Positions 1 through 11,690 of a DNA stretch of 64,000 nt are shown one piece after another; positions within the stretch are counted from its first letter, which is position 1; every line of letters begins with the position of its first letter. The DNA lies in the NCBI RefSeq assembly GCF_001194135.2, contig NC_068981.1, positions 127,501,663-127,565,662 of the forward strand, written 5' to 3'. The notes under the pieces were generated by a model. It was not told the DNA's origin, ran no database searches, and saw only the letters and a program-made list of their open reading frames with translations. Position numbers and translations under genes: made by a program. The DNA is from Octopus bimaculoides (Eukaryota).

Positions 1-96
1 TGATATGCTACAAATATAATCTTTGCATGAGCAGCATAATAAATGTTATTATTATTGCTGTTGCAATAATCTATTAACAGCTGCATATAATGAAGA

Positions 97-345
97 GGGG
101 TTAGACAGTTTGACTGAGAGCTAGCAAGCCAGAAGGCTGCACCAGGCTCCAATCTGATCTGGCAAAGTTTCTACAGCTGGATGCCCTTCCTAATGCCAAC
201 CACTCCGAGAGTGTAGTGGGTGCTTTTTACGTGCCACCGGCATGAGGGCCAGTCAGGCGGTATTGGCATTGACCATGCTTGAATGGTGCTTTTTACATGC
301 CACCAGCATGAGAGCCAGTCAGGTGGCACTGGCATTGACCACGCT
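97..345 (-). mobile_element. 5'-truncated RTE LINE 3' end
   Basis: reverse complement of the tail that follows the RT ORF at 23640-24145. Confidence 0.75.
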
Positions 346-424
346 GTAGGAAGATTTTCTGTACATGTATAATTATAGAAATTTAATATGTTATATAAAC
401 TTATTTTAGTATATATATTACCTT

Positions 425-602
425 GGATGCCCTTCCTAACTACACTCACAGAGTGGTTGGCGTTAGGAAGGGCATCCAGTTGTAGAAACACTGCCAGATC
501 AGACTGGAACCTGGTGCAGCCTCCTGGCTTCCCAGACCCCGGTCAAACCGTCCAACCCATGCTAGCATGAAAAACGGACGTTAAACAATGATGATGATGA
601 TG
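425..602 (+). mobile_element. RTE LINE 3' end with (TGA)n tail
   Basis: gagtggttggcgttaggaagggcatccag...ggacgttaaacaatgatgatgatg. Confidence 0.75.
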
Positions 603-694
603 GAAATATAATATTTGATGTTAATGTCTTTGTGGACATTACAACCTTGGAAGTAAGATTATTTCTAAAAAAAATATACATACTTTTAAAAAAG

Positions 695-966
695 GCACAG
701 GTGTGGTTCTGTCGTAAGAAACTTGCTTCCCAACCACATGGTACCGTGGGCAAGTGTCTTCTACTATAGCCTCAGGCCAGCCAAAGTCTTGTAAGTGAAT
801 TTGGTAGACAAAAACTGATAGAAATCCATCATATAAAAAGACATCCTTTGATCATAAATAATGTCACAGCTTGCTTCTACAGCTGAGTGAACTAGAGCAA
901 TGTGAAATAAAATGTCTTCCTCAAGAGCATAACACACAGCCCAGTCTTGGAATCATACTCACAACC
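695..966. mobile_element. two tRNA-derived SINE fragments
   Basis: 695-830 (+) matches the 54495 family; 865-966 (-) matches the 62500 family. Confidence 0.6.
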
Positions 967-1432
967 CAGTGGCAGATCTACTATAAAACTAACGAAGCTT
1001 AACCTTCAGGGCTCCTAATACCCTGGCACCAAGAGCAGCATGGTGCCAGGGAAGTGACAAAGAAAAGGTATCAGGGCCCTTAATACCTAATACCTTTAAT
1101 AAATTAGCCTTTACAAAGTTCACCTTTAAAATGCCACGAGTCAGAGTACTTTCTCGTCAACCTCCAACAATCTCTCTCTCCTCCAGCTGACAGTTTTTTG
1201 TACTTCTTTGCGATGGAAAATACACTTCTGATCAATTTAATTTTTTCATTCTGTCAGTATTTTTCTTTTTGTATTTTACCATGCAGACAGGGCCGATAAA
1301 ACGAAATAGACCGAGAAAAAATTTTTTGCCTCTACACCTGTCCCCTAAAAAGGGATGGTGCCAGTGAAATGACAAAGAAAAGTACAAAAAAAAAAACATG
1401 TATTTATGTATGTGCATTTGTAAGTTTGTGTG

Positions 1433-1434
<2 letters not shown>

Positions 1435-1470
<36 letters not shown>
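1435..1470. repeat. (TA)n microsatellite
   Basis: direct. Confidence 0.95.
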
Positions 1471-1476
<6 letters not shown>

Positions 1477-1714
1477 AAATAAACAGAAAAAAAAATTCCC
1501 TCTAGTTTAAGTTCTGTCTCCAAGAGCAGCATGGTGTCAGGGAAGTGACAAAGAAAAGTAAAAAACATGTATGTATGTAGAATGTGTAAAGCTAAGCACG
1601 TTATGGACACAAAACCCTGGGTAAACCTATAAACTGGTCATAATTATCTTTATCTAAATACTCTACTGCTCTGTAATTTAGAGGTTGCTTCTCTTTCGGT
1701 TTTATGATTTACTA

Positions 1715-1968
1715 ATGATCAGCTCACTCTCCTCTCAAAAGACTTTTTTTGTCTTGCAAGGTACTTGGTGAGCCTGTCATTGAAGGTGCGACTTAAAAAG
1801 CATCCAGTCCATACTGTAAAGTGGTTGGCATTTGGAAGGGCATCCAGCTGTAAAAATCCTGCCAATACAGTCACAGAAGTCTGGTGCAGGCTTCTGCCTG
1901 GCTGGCTCCTGTCACACTGTTCCACTGATGCCAGCATGGAAGGTGGATGTTAAATGATGATGATGATG
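1715..1968 (+). mobile_element. RTE LINE 3' end (older subfamily)
   Basis: similar to 21370-21710; ends in (TGA)n. Confidence 0.65.
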
Positions 1969-2040
1969 ATTTGTGTGTGCGTATGTGTATATGTATATAT
2001 ATATTTCTGTTTCTATGTTTCTCCTCCTATTTATTCTCAG

Positions 2041-2148
2041 AGGACTTGATGCTTTTGGAAGAGTTTGGGATCTTCGGACTGGTCGATGTGTAATGTTTCT
2101 TGAAGGACATCTTAAGTCTGTGTTAGATATTGATTTCAACAGTGATGG
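2041..2148 (+). CDS. PRPF4: PRPF4 (U4/U6 snRNP Prp4, WD40) internal exon; upstream exons lie outside the window
   Basis: ttctcAG|2041 ... 2148|GTGAGT; encodes (G)[36 protein letters not shown], matching the recalled PRPF4 WD repeat [23 protein letters not shown]. Confidence 0.95.
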
Positions 2149-2367
2149 GTGAGTACTATATCTTTTTTATAAGACACTGTATTGATGTATTGGAATGACT
2201 TATTGTATGGCTGTATTGTAAAGATGTAGTTTAGAAAAAGAAATGTGTTTTGTACATGTTATATTGGATATATAAGAATATACATATCACTCATGTGTTA
2301 CACAAATGTATTATAAACATATATATAATAATATAAATAATATATATATGTGTGTGTGTATATATAT

Positions 2368-2561
2368 ATGGTTGGCGTTAGGAAGGGCATCCAGCTGTAG
2401 AAACTCTGCCAAATTAGATTGGAGCCTGGTGTAGCCATCCGGTTGCACCAGTCCTCAGTNNNNNNNNNNCCTGGTGTAGCCATCCGGTTGCACCAGTCCT
2501 CAGTCAAATCGTCCAACCCATGCTAGCATGGAAAGTGGACGTTAAACGATGATGATGATGA
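2368..2561 (+). mobile_element. young RTE 3' end containing a 10-N gap
   Basis: near-identical to 20150-20316. Confidence 0.75.
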
Positions 2562-3146
2562 TATATAAATGTATGTGTATTTTTTCAATATTTACAAATA
2601 ACATGGAAAAAAATAAATAAATAGTTACCAGGGTAGCAAAAATTCACTTAAGTACCAAGGATGTAACAGCCTACTTATAAAGGTAGAAATTCCACGTTTA
2701 GGTGAAATGTTTTTGTATAACATAGATAAATAAATAAATGGAATTAAATGCAGGTGTTATTCAAATCTTTATACTTCTGACATATGTTTCGAAGAAAACA
2801 TTGGTATTATTCCAGAAGGAATAAAATGATGTAAAACAATGCAATCTTCTCATCAGGGAAAAAAAGAAAAACAAAATGCACCAATAAGACATTTTAGCGC
2901 ATATATGATGACGGGAACGCTGGTAAGTTATTTTTGTCAAAGGCAATTTATAGAAAGAAAAGGAGGAGGAGGAAGAAAGAAATTAGCGGAAAACTAAGAG
3001 TGGAGAATTCTTCAAAACATATGTCGGAAGTATAAAGATTTGAATAACACCTTTGTTTAACTCCATTTATTTATTTATCTATATTACATATATATATATA
3101 TAAGTTTTAACTTTATATTTCTGACACGCACTCTATCTTTCTGTTT

Positions 3147-3159
3147 GTCTGTCTATCTG

Positions 3160-3190
<31 letters not shown>

Positions 3191-3193
3191 GTC

Positions 3194-3228
<35 letters not shown>

Positions 3229-3243
3229 CTATCTATCTATTTG

Positions 3244-3287
<44 letters not shown>

Positions 3288-3311
3288 CCTATCTATCTAT
3301 CTATCTATCTA
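3147..3311. repeat. (TCTA)n / GATA microsatellite
   Basis: ~40 imperfect TCTA units. Confidence 0.97.
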
Positions 3312-3384
3312 CTCTTCATCTACTTCTGCTATAACAGTCTATGCTTTTTAGAGATAACTAGTTGCATATCACTTCCACCTAATC

Positions 3385-3709
3385 CAGTAGTTCTCGACCT
3401 GGGTCTATATGGCCTCTGAGGGTCCACACAACAAAATAGTAAATTGGGGATCCGCAATAATATTTTAAGGGCCACTGAAAAATTTTGCTTTAGATGTATG
3501 TATTGGTATGTATTGCAAGAAACATCTAGGTTTGTTTCTCTAACAGTTTACATAGTTCAATCTACACAAGTTAGTGGGAAAAACAAAATAGGAATTTTGT
3601 AAGAAGTTTCTATAAAACTAGTTTTTGAACATCAAATGGCTATGGGAGTCCACCAGAATAAAATAGTAATCAAAGGGGTCCATAGATAAAAAATGGTTGA
3701 GAACCACTG
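3385..3709. mobile_element. hAT (Charlie-type) MITE, 325 bp
   Basis: TIRs CAGTAGTTCTCGACC / GGTTGAGAACCACTG; 8-bp flanks acctaatc / acttaatt (6/8 identical); related pieces near 54930-55000 and 58560-58641. Confidence 0.8.
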
Positions 3710-4016
3710 ACTTAATTCATACATCATCCATTTCTCTGTCACTCCTCTCAGGTTCTGTATTAACCATTATGCTTAGTCCTTCCTCCCCAAGATGTCAACT
3801 CTGGAATTTCTACCTACTCATGTCTTTTATGCTGTCATCAGATATTTGTACAAAGCATCAACTGCCTCAATCTGACCAGTCTTGGAAGACTTCTAAAGAT
3901 CACAGGCATAGTCCCTGCCTTCTGACTGAAATCATAAGATAAAAGTCATTAGATACAAATAAAGCTATTTGCTGAGTTTATCATTGTTTCTGTTATTCTT
4001 TTATGTTTTTCACTAG

Positions 4017-4135
4017 GTACCACATTGCAACTGGCAGTGAAGACAACACAGCTAGATTATGGGATATCCGTCAACACAAATGTGTCTACACCATTCCTGC
4101 TCACACCAACCTTGTTTCACATGTGAAATTCCAAC
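4017..4135 (+). CDS. PRPF4: PRPF4 internal exon
   Basis: cactAG|4017 ... 4135|GTAAGT; (G)[39 protein letters not shown](P); phase matches flanking exons. Confidence 0.96.
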
Positions 4136-4214
4136 GTAAGTAAGCAGTTAGTGTAGCTATTTCTGCTGTTGTTTCTTTATGCCTCTTACTGTAATCATCA
4201 TTATCATTTGTTGT

Positions 4215-5187
4215 TGTTAAAGTTGTGAGCTGGCAAAATCATTAGCAGTCTGGGTGAAATGCTTAGTGGTATTTCATCTGTCTCTAGGTTCTGAATTCAA
4301 ATTCTGCCGAGGTTGACTTTGCCTTTCATCCTTTTGGGATCGATAAATTAAGTACCAGTGAAACACTGGGGTCAATGTAATTGACTATTCCCCTCCCACC
4401 AAATTTCAGGCCTTGTGCCTATAGTAGAAAGGATTATTATTATTATTAAGGCAATGAGCCGACAGAATTGTTACCATGCCAGACAAAATGTTTAGCAGCA
4501 TTTTCCCTGACTTTATATTCTGAGTTCAAATTCTACCAGGGTTGACTTTGCCTTTCATGCTTTTGGGGTCGATAAAATAAGTACCACTTGAGCACTGGCT
4601 TCAATATAATTGACATACCTTCTTCCTTACAATTGCTGGCTTTGTGCCAAATTTTTGAAACCATTATTATTATTATTATTAGGATGACAAGCTGGCCAAA
4701 TTGATAGCACGCCAGGCAAAATGCTTATCAGCATTTTATCCATCTTTAAGGTTGCGAGCTGGCAGAATCATCAGCATGCTGGGAAAAATGTTTAGCAGCA
4801 TTTCATCCATCTTTTTGTTCATTGTTGGTAAAATAGGTACTAGCTGAACACTGGGGTCAATGTAATCAACCTATCTCCTCCCCCAAAATTGCTGCCCTTG
4901 TAAAAAAGTTTGAAATTGTTTATTATTATTATTATTATTATTATTATTTAGGCAATGAGCTGGCAGAATCTTTGGCATACCAAACAAAATGTTTAGCAGC
5001 ATTTCATCCAACCCTATGATCTGATTTCAAATTTCACCAAGGTTAACTCTGCCTTTCATCCTTTCAGTGTTGATAAAATAAAGTATCAATCAAGAACTGG
5101 GGTTGATGTAATTGACTAGAACCTCAACCCCATCCTGCAAAATTTCAGGTTTTGTGCCTGTAGTAGAAAGGATTATTATTATTATTT
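4215..5187 (+). mobile_element. head-to-tail cluster of ~5 tRNA-derived SINEs with Meta/Sauria-like central domain and (ATT)n tails
   Basis: repeated gagctggcagaatc...gaggttgactttgcctttcatccttttggggtcgataaa(a/t)taagtaccag...attattatt; family name from recall. Confidence 0.8.
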
Positions 5188-5477
5188 GGATGTCAATGAT
5201 AATGTTGACATGCATCTTATATATTGGAATTATACTTTTTTGAGAAAGACAGAATCTCTTTGTTGTGGAAAGGTCATAGTTAAAAATGTGGGTATTCTGT
5301 GACCTGTTTAGTAGAATTTAAAAGATGATGCATTTCATTTCATCTTTAAGTAAGCAATACCTGTGTTAATATTGACTTTATACTATGTTTCTTTTTAATA
5401 TAACATTGGCATTTCTCTCCAGATTTATAGTTGAAGGATAATAAATAGTTATGATACTTGTACCTTTCCTAAAAATA

Positions 5478-5690
5478 GTTTCAAATTTTGGCACAAGGCC
5501 AGCAATTTTGGAGGAGAAGGTAAGTCAATAGCATCTACCCCAGTATTCAACTGGTACTTATTTTATCAACCCCAAAAAGATTTAAGGAAAAGTCAACCTT
5601 GGCAGAATTTGAACTCAGAACATAAAGATAGGTGAAATACCATTAAGCATTTTGCCTAGCATGCTAACGATTCTGCCAGCTTTTCACTTT
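5478..5690 (-). mobile_element. same SINE family, inverted copy
   Basis: reverse complement of the 4215-5187 units. Confidence 0.75.
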
Positions 5691-5842
5691 ACCTTTCCTT
5701 AAAAAATTAACATTATAAATGAAATGGTTTTAGTTTGGAATCATAACTGAGATCAGGACTCAGTGTACATGCTGGGATTTGAAACCTGGACAGGGGTGAC
5801 ATTGCTACTAAAATTCATGTTGATAGCAGTGATTATCTTTTG

Positions 5843-6180
5843 ACTTTTACTTGCTTCAGTCATTGAACTGCAGCCATGATGGAGCACCACTTTGAAGGGA
5901 TCAGTTGAACAAATCAGTCTCAGTATTTATTTTTTGTTTAAGCATGGTACTTACTCTTTTTGCTGAACCACTAAGTTATGGGGACATAAAGAAGTCAACA
6001 CTGGTTATCATGCGGTGGTGGGAGACAAACGCAAATACAAAAACTCACCCATATAATTACACACACACACACACACACACAGTGGACTTCTTTTAGTTTC
6101 CATCTACCAGATCCATTCACATGGCTTTAGTCAGCCCAGGGCTATAGTAGAAGACACTTGGCCAAGGTGCCACACAGCCA
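5843..6180 (-). mobile_element. tRNA-derived SINE (54495 family)
   Basis: reverse complement similarity to 54495-54860; internal (CA)n. Confidence 0.75.
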
Positions 6181-6279
6181 TGCCTTTGCTAATAATGATA
6201 TTTATCTTAATTGCTTAACGTTTTAAAAATATTTTACATGACCTCTGTTTGTGATTGACTTTTATATATTTATTTACAG

Positions 6280-6329
6280 CTGACCATGGTCACTACCTGG
6301 TAACTTCTTCATATGACAATACATCTAAG
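6280..6329 (+). CDS. PRPF4: PRPF4 internal exon (50 nt)
   Basis: tttacAG|6280 ... 6329|GTCAGT; (P)DHGHYLVTSSYDNTSK. Confidence 0.93.
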
Positions 6330-6491
6330 GTCAGTGGTTTGATTTTATATCTTTACCAGAATGGTGGAACTGTTTGATTAGTCTTATTTAGTTTGGTTTT
6401 ATTCTGCAGGTTACATCTTGATGAGGTATATTGAGTGAGAAAGAAAAAAAAAAAAGCTATGTGAGATAGGAAGTTTTGATATTGCTGAACT

Positions 6492-6695
6492 CATCATCAT
6501 CATCTTTTAACGTCCGCTTTCCATGCTTGCATGGGTTGGACGATTTGACTGAGGACTGGTGAACCAGATGGCTACACCAGGCTCCAATCTGATTTGGCAG
6601 AGTTTCTACAGCTGGATGCCCTTCCTAACGCCAACCACTCAGAGAGTGTAGTGGGTGCTTTTACGTGCCACCGGCACAAAGGCCAGTCAGGAGGT
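6492..6695 (-). mobile_element. young RTE 3' end
   Basis: catcatcatc...aacgtccgctttccatgc...ggatgcccttcctaacgccaaccactc. Confidence 0.75.
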
Positions 6696-6898
6696 ATCAT
6701 TGCAAAAAGTTGTATGTGGTATAGCATATATATGGAGGTTGAGCTTATGGTACAAAATAGTTTCTTTTCATTGTTGAATCTTCCTATTTAATTTCCAAAG
6801 TCAAAAAGAAACCTCATAGGTGATTTTTAATTTTTTAAATTACAATGTCCACAGTCACTTTAAACCCTCCTATCTGGAGTATCTGGATGACCTTGTGA

Positions 6899-7126
6899 AT
6901 GTTAATGTTAAATTTGAATTGTTCCAATTTGAGAGATCTTGGATTTGAGAAAATGAGATTTATGAACAAGGGTGAAGTGAGTATATTAAATAGGCTTTAT
7001 GAAGATAAGTTCAAAGTAGATGCCATTGCTAAAGAAAATTATCCATCTAGTGGTAATGTTTTATGCATAATGAGTGGAACTATAATTATAACCAATAAAA
7101 GAAGTGCCAATTCAATAGAGGGTTAG
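6899..7126 (+). mobile_element. highly decayed RTE-like endonuclease fragment
   Basis: SNLRDLGFEKMRFMNKGEVSIL...IIITNKRSANSIEG resembles the RTE APE N-terminus; weak similarity by eye. Confidence 0.35.
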
Positions 7127-7475
7127 ATGCTAGAGAGAGAGAGAGTGTGTGTGTGTGTGGCTTTTTTTAGTGAATGACCAGTTTGTCCCAGAAATGATCC
7201 TGTATGTTCAGATATAAGTTATAGAAGTTGTATTCCTTTATGGTTAATATATGGGTCCTGTAACGAGCCAGAACCTTAGTTCTGAGGTGTTGTTCAGTCT
7301 TCTAGAATGAAGTATATTTTGTTTGTATACTCAACTATTTGAGTATCAATAACATTTTGCAACATGATATGAAATGTTTAAATTGTCATCCATCATCATT
7401 TATAATGTGCCTAATTATATCTGTAAATATATTGAATGATTAATTTCTGTTTTTGTTTCATTTTTATGGTTTTAG

Positions 7476-7634
7476 ATATGGACCCACCCTACATGGTCAC
7501 CTATGAAAACACTTGCTGGTCATGAAGGCAAAATCATGGGATTTGACATCTCACCAGATCTCAAATATATGGCTTCATCTTCCTATGATCGGACATTTAA
7601 GTTGTGGGCCTCTGAAATGCTAGGGAGTCTCTGA
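7476..7634 (+). CDS. PRPF4: PRPF4 last coding exon
   Basis: ttttAG|7476; [55 protein letters not shown] 7632-7634. Confidence 0.96.
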   Translation: MWTHPTWSPMKTLAGHEGKIMGFDISPDLKYMASSSYDRTFKLWASEMLGSL

Positions 7635-7976
7635 TAAATCACCCAGTCTTTGACTGAATGTCAGATAATATAATATTCTATGAGAGTGAATGACCATTAA
7701 CATCAATTACCATCAGTCCTATTTCTTAGGAAAAAAATGATAGTCCTTGTATTTTACTCAAATATCATTTCTGACAGCCTAGTATTGTCTCATTGATTTT
7801 AACAGTCCAAATGCCTTGATCACTGATTATCCTCTCCATACCCAGAACTGTTCATACACCATTTCTAACAACAAAATGAAAATAGGTAAAATAAAAATGT
7901 GAAGCTCATTGAATCATCATCATTTAAAAGAGTATATAAAAATTTCTATAAAAAATTATATGTAAATGCTTGTCAA

Positions 7977-8096
7977 AATAAATCTTTTTATGCCTCTGAA
8001 TTCAATTCTATTTGTGCATCTTGTATATGATCTTTTAAAATGACAGCAGCTTCATTGAACCTATTGTTTGTTTCCAATTGCAGAAGCTTCAATAAA
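7977..8096 (+). terminator. candidate PRPF4 polyadenylation signals
   Basis: AATAAA at 7977-7982 and 8091-8096 downstream of the stop; usage unknown. Confidence 0.45.
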
Positions 8097-8293
8097 GTTA
8101 ATGCAACTTAAGAAAATATAAAAATTCTCTATTTAGAGATTCTATGATATTGACAATAGCTTAAACAGTGCCAGACTAAGTGTATTACAGAATATAGTTT
8201 AATCTCATCTAGTTGTAACTCTTTATCTTCTGTCTTTCATTTGTTTCAGTCATCAGACTGTGACCATGCTGGGGTACTGCCTTGAACGGTTTA

Positions 8294-9527
8294 TAAGGGT
8301 TGGTTGACCAAGATACTCTCATGGAATGTGCCCAAATGAGGTTTTTTTTTTCAACTTAACCCCACTTGCGATCCATACACTTCTATCAATGTTGCAGAGG
8401 TTGGATCCCATTGCTGAAGAAGCTTTCATCCTGTTGGTCAAAAAGTCATCAGCAGCAGATATGATGTCATCATCACTGTGATACTGGTTCTCAGCCAAGT
8501 GTTTTTCCATGTTGGAGAACAGATGATAGTTAGATGGGACCAAATCAGAAGAATAGGGAGGGTGATCAACCAGTTCAAAACCAGTCATGCACAGCAGCCA
8601 TTGTTCCCAGGGATTTGTGTGCTGAAGCATTGTCCTGATGAAACAAGACCCCTTTTGTCAGTTTTTCTGGGTGTTTGGTTTAGATAGCCTTTTGTAACTG
8701 CCTCAGCATTGCCATACTTCATTGATGGTGTGGCTCTTTTGAAGATAGTTGAGGAGAATGCCTTTTGCATCCCAGAAAACTGAGGCCATCACCTTCCCTG
8801 CAGATGAAACGAACTTGGCCTTCTTTGGAGCAGGTGAGGAAGGGTGCTTCCTCTGCATGGATTGTCTTTTTGTTTCTGGCTCAAAGTGATGAACCCAACA
8901 CTCTTCCTGGGTTAGGAAACTAGTTGGACCTGCCTCAAACAATGTCATATTTATCTGTGATGTGACTATTCTGGTGCACTTTTGATTAGGTGTCAGAAGA
9001 CATGGCACTCACCCAAACTCATTGTGCAGAATATTCTCAATTCTCATGGGATATGCTAATAGCATTGACTATTTCATTTATTGTCAATTGCCTGTCATCC
9101 ATCACCGTGAGGTGAACATGATCAAGGTTTTCTTTGGTGGTGGTAGTCATAGGACGTCTGGACCTTGGGTCATCTTCAAGACTCAAGACTCTCCCTTTCT
9201 CTCCTAAATTCAGCTACCTACTTTAGCACTGTTGATAAAGCTGGACACATCATCCCATAATGTAGCAAGCATGCCAGCATGAATCTCCTTGAAGGCTAAA
9301 CCCTTTTTCTGAAGTCACTTGATAACATCACAATGCTAAATTTTTTTGATTTTCAAGAGAAGTTGTCACTGGTTATATATGAAGTCTTCTTTGAACAGTC
9401 AGTTGTCACTTTACCTCGAAAGAAACAATTCAGTTCATAAGAAGAGTTGAACTTAATGCATACAAGCTTTCACAACTCTAGCATCACTCTTTCATAGACA
9501 GCCTATGAGCTTTTCAGCCCAGCCTTG
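8294..9527 (-). mobile_element. mariner (Tc1/mariner) transposon, transposase pseudogene
   Basis: WVHHFEPETKRQSMQ, SAGKVMASVFWDAKGILL, HPPYSSDLVPSNYHLF (YSPDLAP motif) with frameshifts; degenerate TIRs; TA at 8292-8293 and 9528-9529. Confidence 0.9.
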
Positions 9528-9655
9528 TAGTTAAACAAATCAACCCCATTACTTCTTGTCTAAGCCTAGTATTTGTTCTGTTGGTCTCTTTTTGCGGTTG
9601 CAGTGGAAGAGAGCAGATGCACGATCCACAGAACGTGCTCTGGATCATCTCACCA

Positions 9656-9827
9656 TAAGTAATCCTTGGTGCTCCTTAGAACATCATGTGCTTAGCCATA
9701 ACCTTGATTATAACTGAGTGATCATGCTTGCCTGGGTACTTTATTCCTATCTATTCATTTTATATAAATGTATAAATATGTTGAAATTATACATATATAT
9801 ATGTGTGTGTATATGTATATATGTATA

Positions 9828-9900
<73 letters not shown>

Positions 9901-9995
9901 TAATATAAAGTGGATAGGAATAAAGTACCCAGGCAAGTATAATCAAGGTTATGGCTAACCGCATGATGTTCTAAGGAGCACCGAGGATTACTTAC
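9656..9995. repeat. inverted repeat with ~95-115 bp arms flanking a (TA)n core
   Basis: left taagtaatccttggtgctccttagaacatcatg...; right ...catgatgttctaaggagcaccgaggattactta. Confidence 0.9.
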
Positions 9996-10164
9996 AGTAA
10001 GCAATTCCAATATATTTCATCTGATCACTAAACCATGATGCTCTTTGCTGGATTATAGATATTTTACCAAGTGTATAAGCAAGACAATTACAATGAATAC
10101 TTACATCTGAATAAAAAAAATATGCAAATGCATTAACCTCCATATTCATTGTAATTATTTTACA

Positions 10165-10310
10165 TACATCTGAAGTGGGACTGAAAAGTTCCTGGCTTTA
10201 AGGGTATCATGAAAGGCTTGGTTGGAGGCTGAACCTTTCAAGTTCTTTTACAGGGCTTAGGAAAACTGAAGGACTACTGCAATAAGTGTGTGAATCTGAG
10301 AGGGGCATTA
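10165..10310 (+). mobile_element. truncated mariner-type MITE
   Basis: starts with mariner-like end gggactgaaaagttcctggct resembling the 9500-9527 TIR. Confidence 0.45.
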
Positions 10311-10331
10311 TTCTGTAGTAATGCCCTTATA

Positions 10332-11380
10332 TAAATATAAATATATATATATATCATCATTTAACATCTATTTTCCATGCTGGTATGGGTTGGATGCTTT
10401 GACTGAAAACTGGTAAGCTGCACTAGGTTCCGATCTGATTTGGCAAGGTTTCTACGGCTGGATGCCCTTCCTAATGTCAACCACTCTGAGAGTGTAGTGG
10501 GTGTTTTTTATGTCTGCTGGCATGGGTGCTATTGACCTGATACCAACATCAGCCATGATCATGATCTCGCTTGGCTTGACAGGTCTACACGAGCATGGTA
10601 TATCGCCAAAGGTCTCGGTTACCTGTCACTGCTTTCATGAGGCCATTGCTCGAACAGTGCTTTTTATGTGCCATCGGCATGGGTGCCAGTCAGGCGGTAC
10701 TGGCATCAGTCATGACTACGATATATTATGCTTGTGTAGACCTATCAAGCCAAGTGAGACCATAGTCATGGCTTATGCTGGTATCAGGTCAATGGCATCC
10801 CTGCCAGTGGTACGTAAAAAACACTCACTACACTCTCAAAGTGGTTGGCATTAGAAGGCAGTGACATCAAGCCAAGTGAGATCGTAGTTGTGGCTGATGC
10901 CAGTGTCGCATAACTGGCCCATTGAAAGCACTCTTCAATTGTTAGGCAATATGCTGTGCTAGTGAAAACCTGTCGAACCTAGGGAAATCGTAGTTGTAGC
11001 CAATGCCAGTGACGTCTGATTGGCACCTGTGCTGGTGGCATGTGAAAAGCACTGTTCGAACGTTGGACCTTATGGAGGCAGTGACAGGTGACCAACTCCT
11101 TCGGCAACATACCATGCTAGTGTAAACCTGTAAAGCTAAGTGAGACAGTAGTTGTGGTCGATGTAGGTATTAGATCATTGGCACCCATCCTGGTGGCACA
11201 TAAAAACCATTCACTACACTCTCAGAGTGGTTAGTGTTAGGAAGGGCATCCAGCCATAGAAACCTTGCCATATTAGATCGGAACCTAGTGCAGCCTCCCA
11301 GCTTATCAGTTTTCAGTCAAACCGTCCAACCCATGCCAGCATGGAAAGCGGACATTAAATCATAATGATGATGATGATAT
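10332..11380. mobile_element. two RTE 3' UTR pieces in opposite orientation
   Basis: 10332-10820 (-) and 10820-11380 (+), each with a (CAT)/(TGA)n tail at the outer end. Confidence 0.7.
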
Positions 11381-11444
11381 ATAGATATATATTCAAACAC
11401 ACACATATATGTATACTCTCCTGTCCCTAACCAGGTGTAAATTA

Positions 11445-11690
11445 TCATGGATGTCGTCATCAACATTAGCACAATAAATGCTAGATCTGAAGAGGTTGTA
11501 GAGATGTTAGAGTAGAGGGATATAGGTGTGCTGTGTGCAAGAGATAAGGTCAAAGGAATCTTCTACCAAACACACCATGTCCAAGGAACACGTGTACAAA
11601 TTCTGGATGAGTAACAATGATGGGATTGGTAAAGTAGGCATATTTTTGGTAGTGATATGGATCAGAGTACGAGAGAATAATTAAGCTTAT
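11445..11690 (+). mobile_element. RTE endonuclease (APE) fragment
   Basis: NISTINARSEEVVEMLE*RDIGVLCVQEIR...KEHVYKFWMSNNDGIGKVGIFL. Confidence 0.65.

Noticed and set aside
967-1620. Possible DNA transposon starting CAGTGGCAGATCTA, with three copies of a ~40-bp ggtgccagggaagtgacaaagaaaag motif
   Set aside because: No matching right TIR or TSD found; probably a MITE remnant, but not supportable. Spacing is irregular, so not CRISPR-like.
2425-2505. Direct duplication cctggtgtagccatccggttgcaccagtcctcagt around 10 Ns
   Set aside because: Typical contig-overlap artefact at a minimal gap, not a biological repeat.
3145-3351. ORF of SIYL repeats (also the IYIY ORFs at 1404, 9718 and 9755)
   Set aside because: Translations of microsatellites.
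6419-6489. TGATGA...CTGA in a PRPF4 intron as a C/D snoRNA
   Set aside because: No terminal stem or recognisable guide; contains an A-run.
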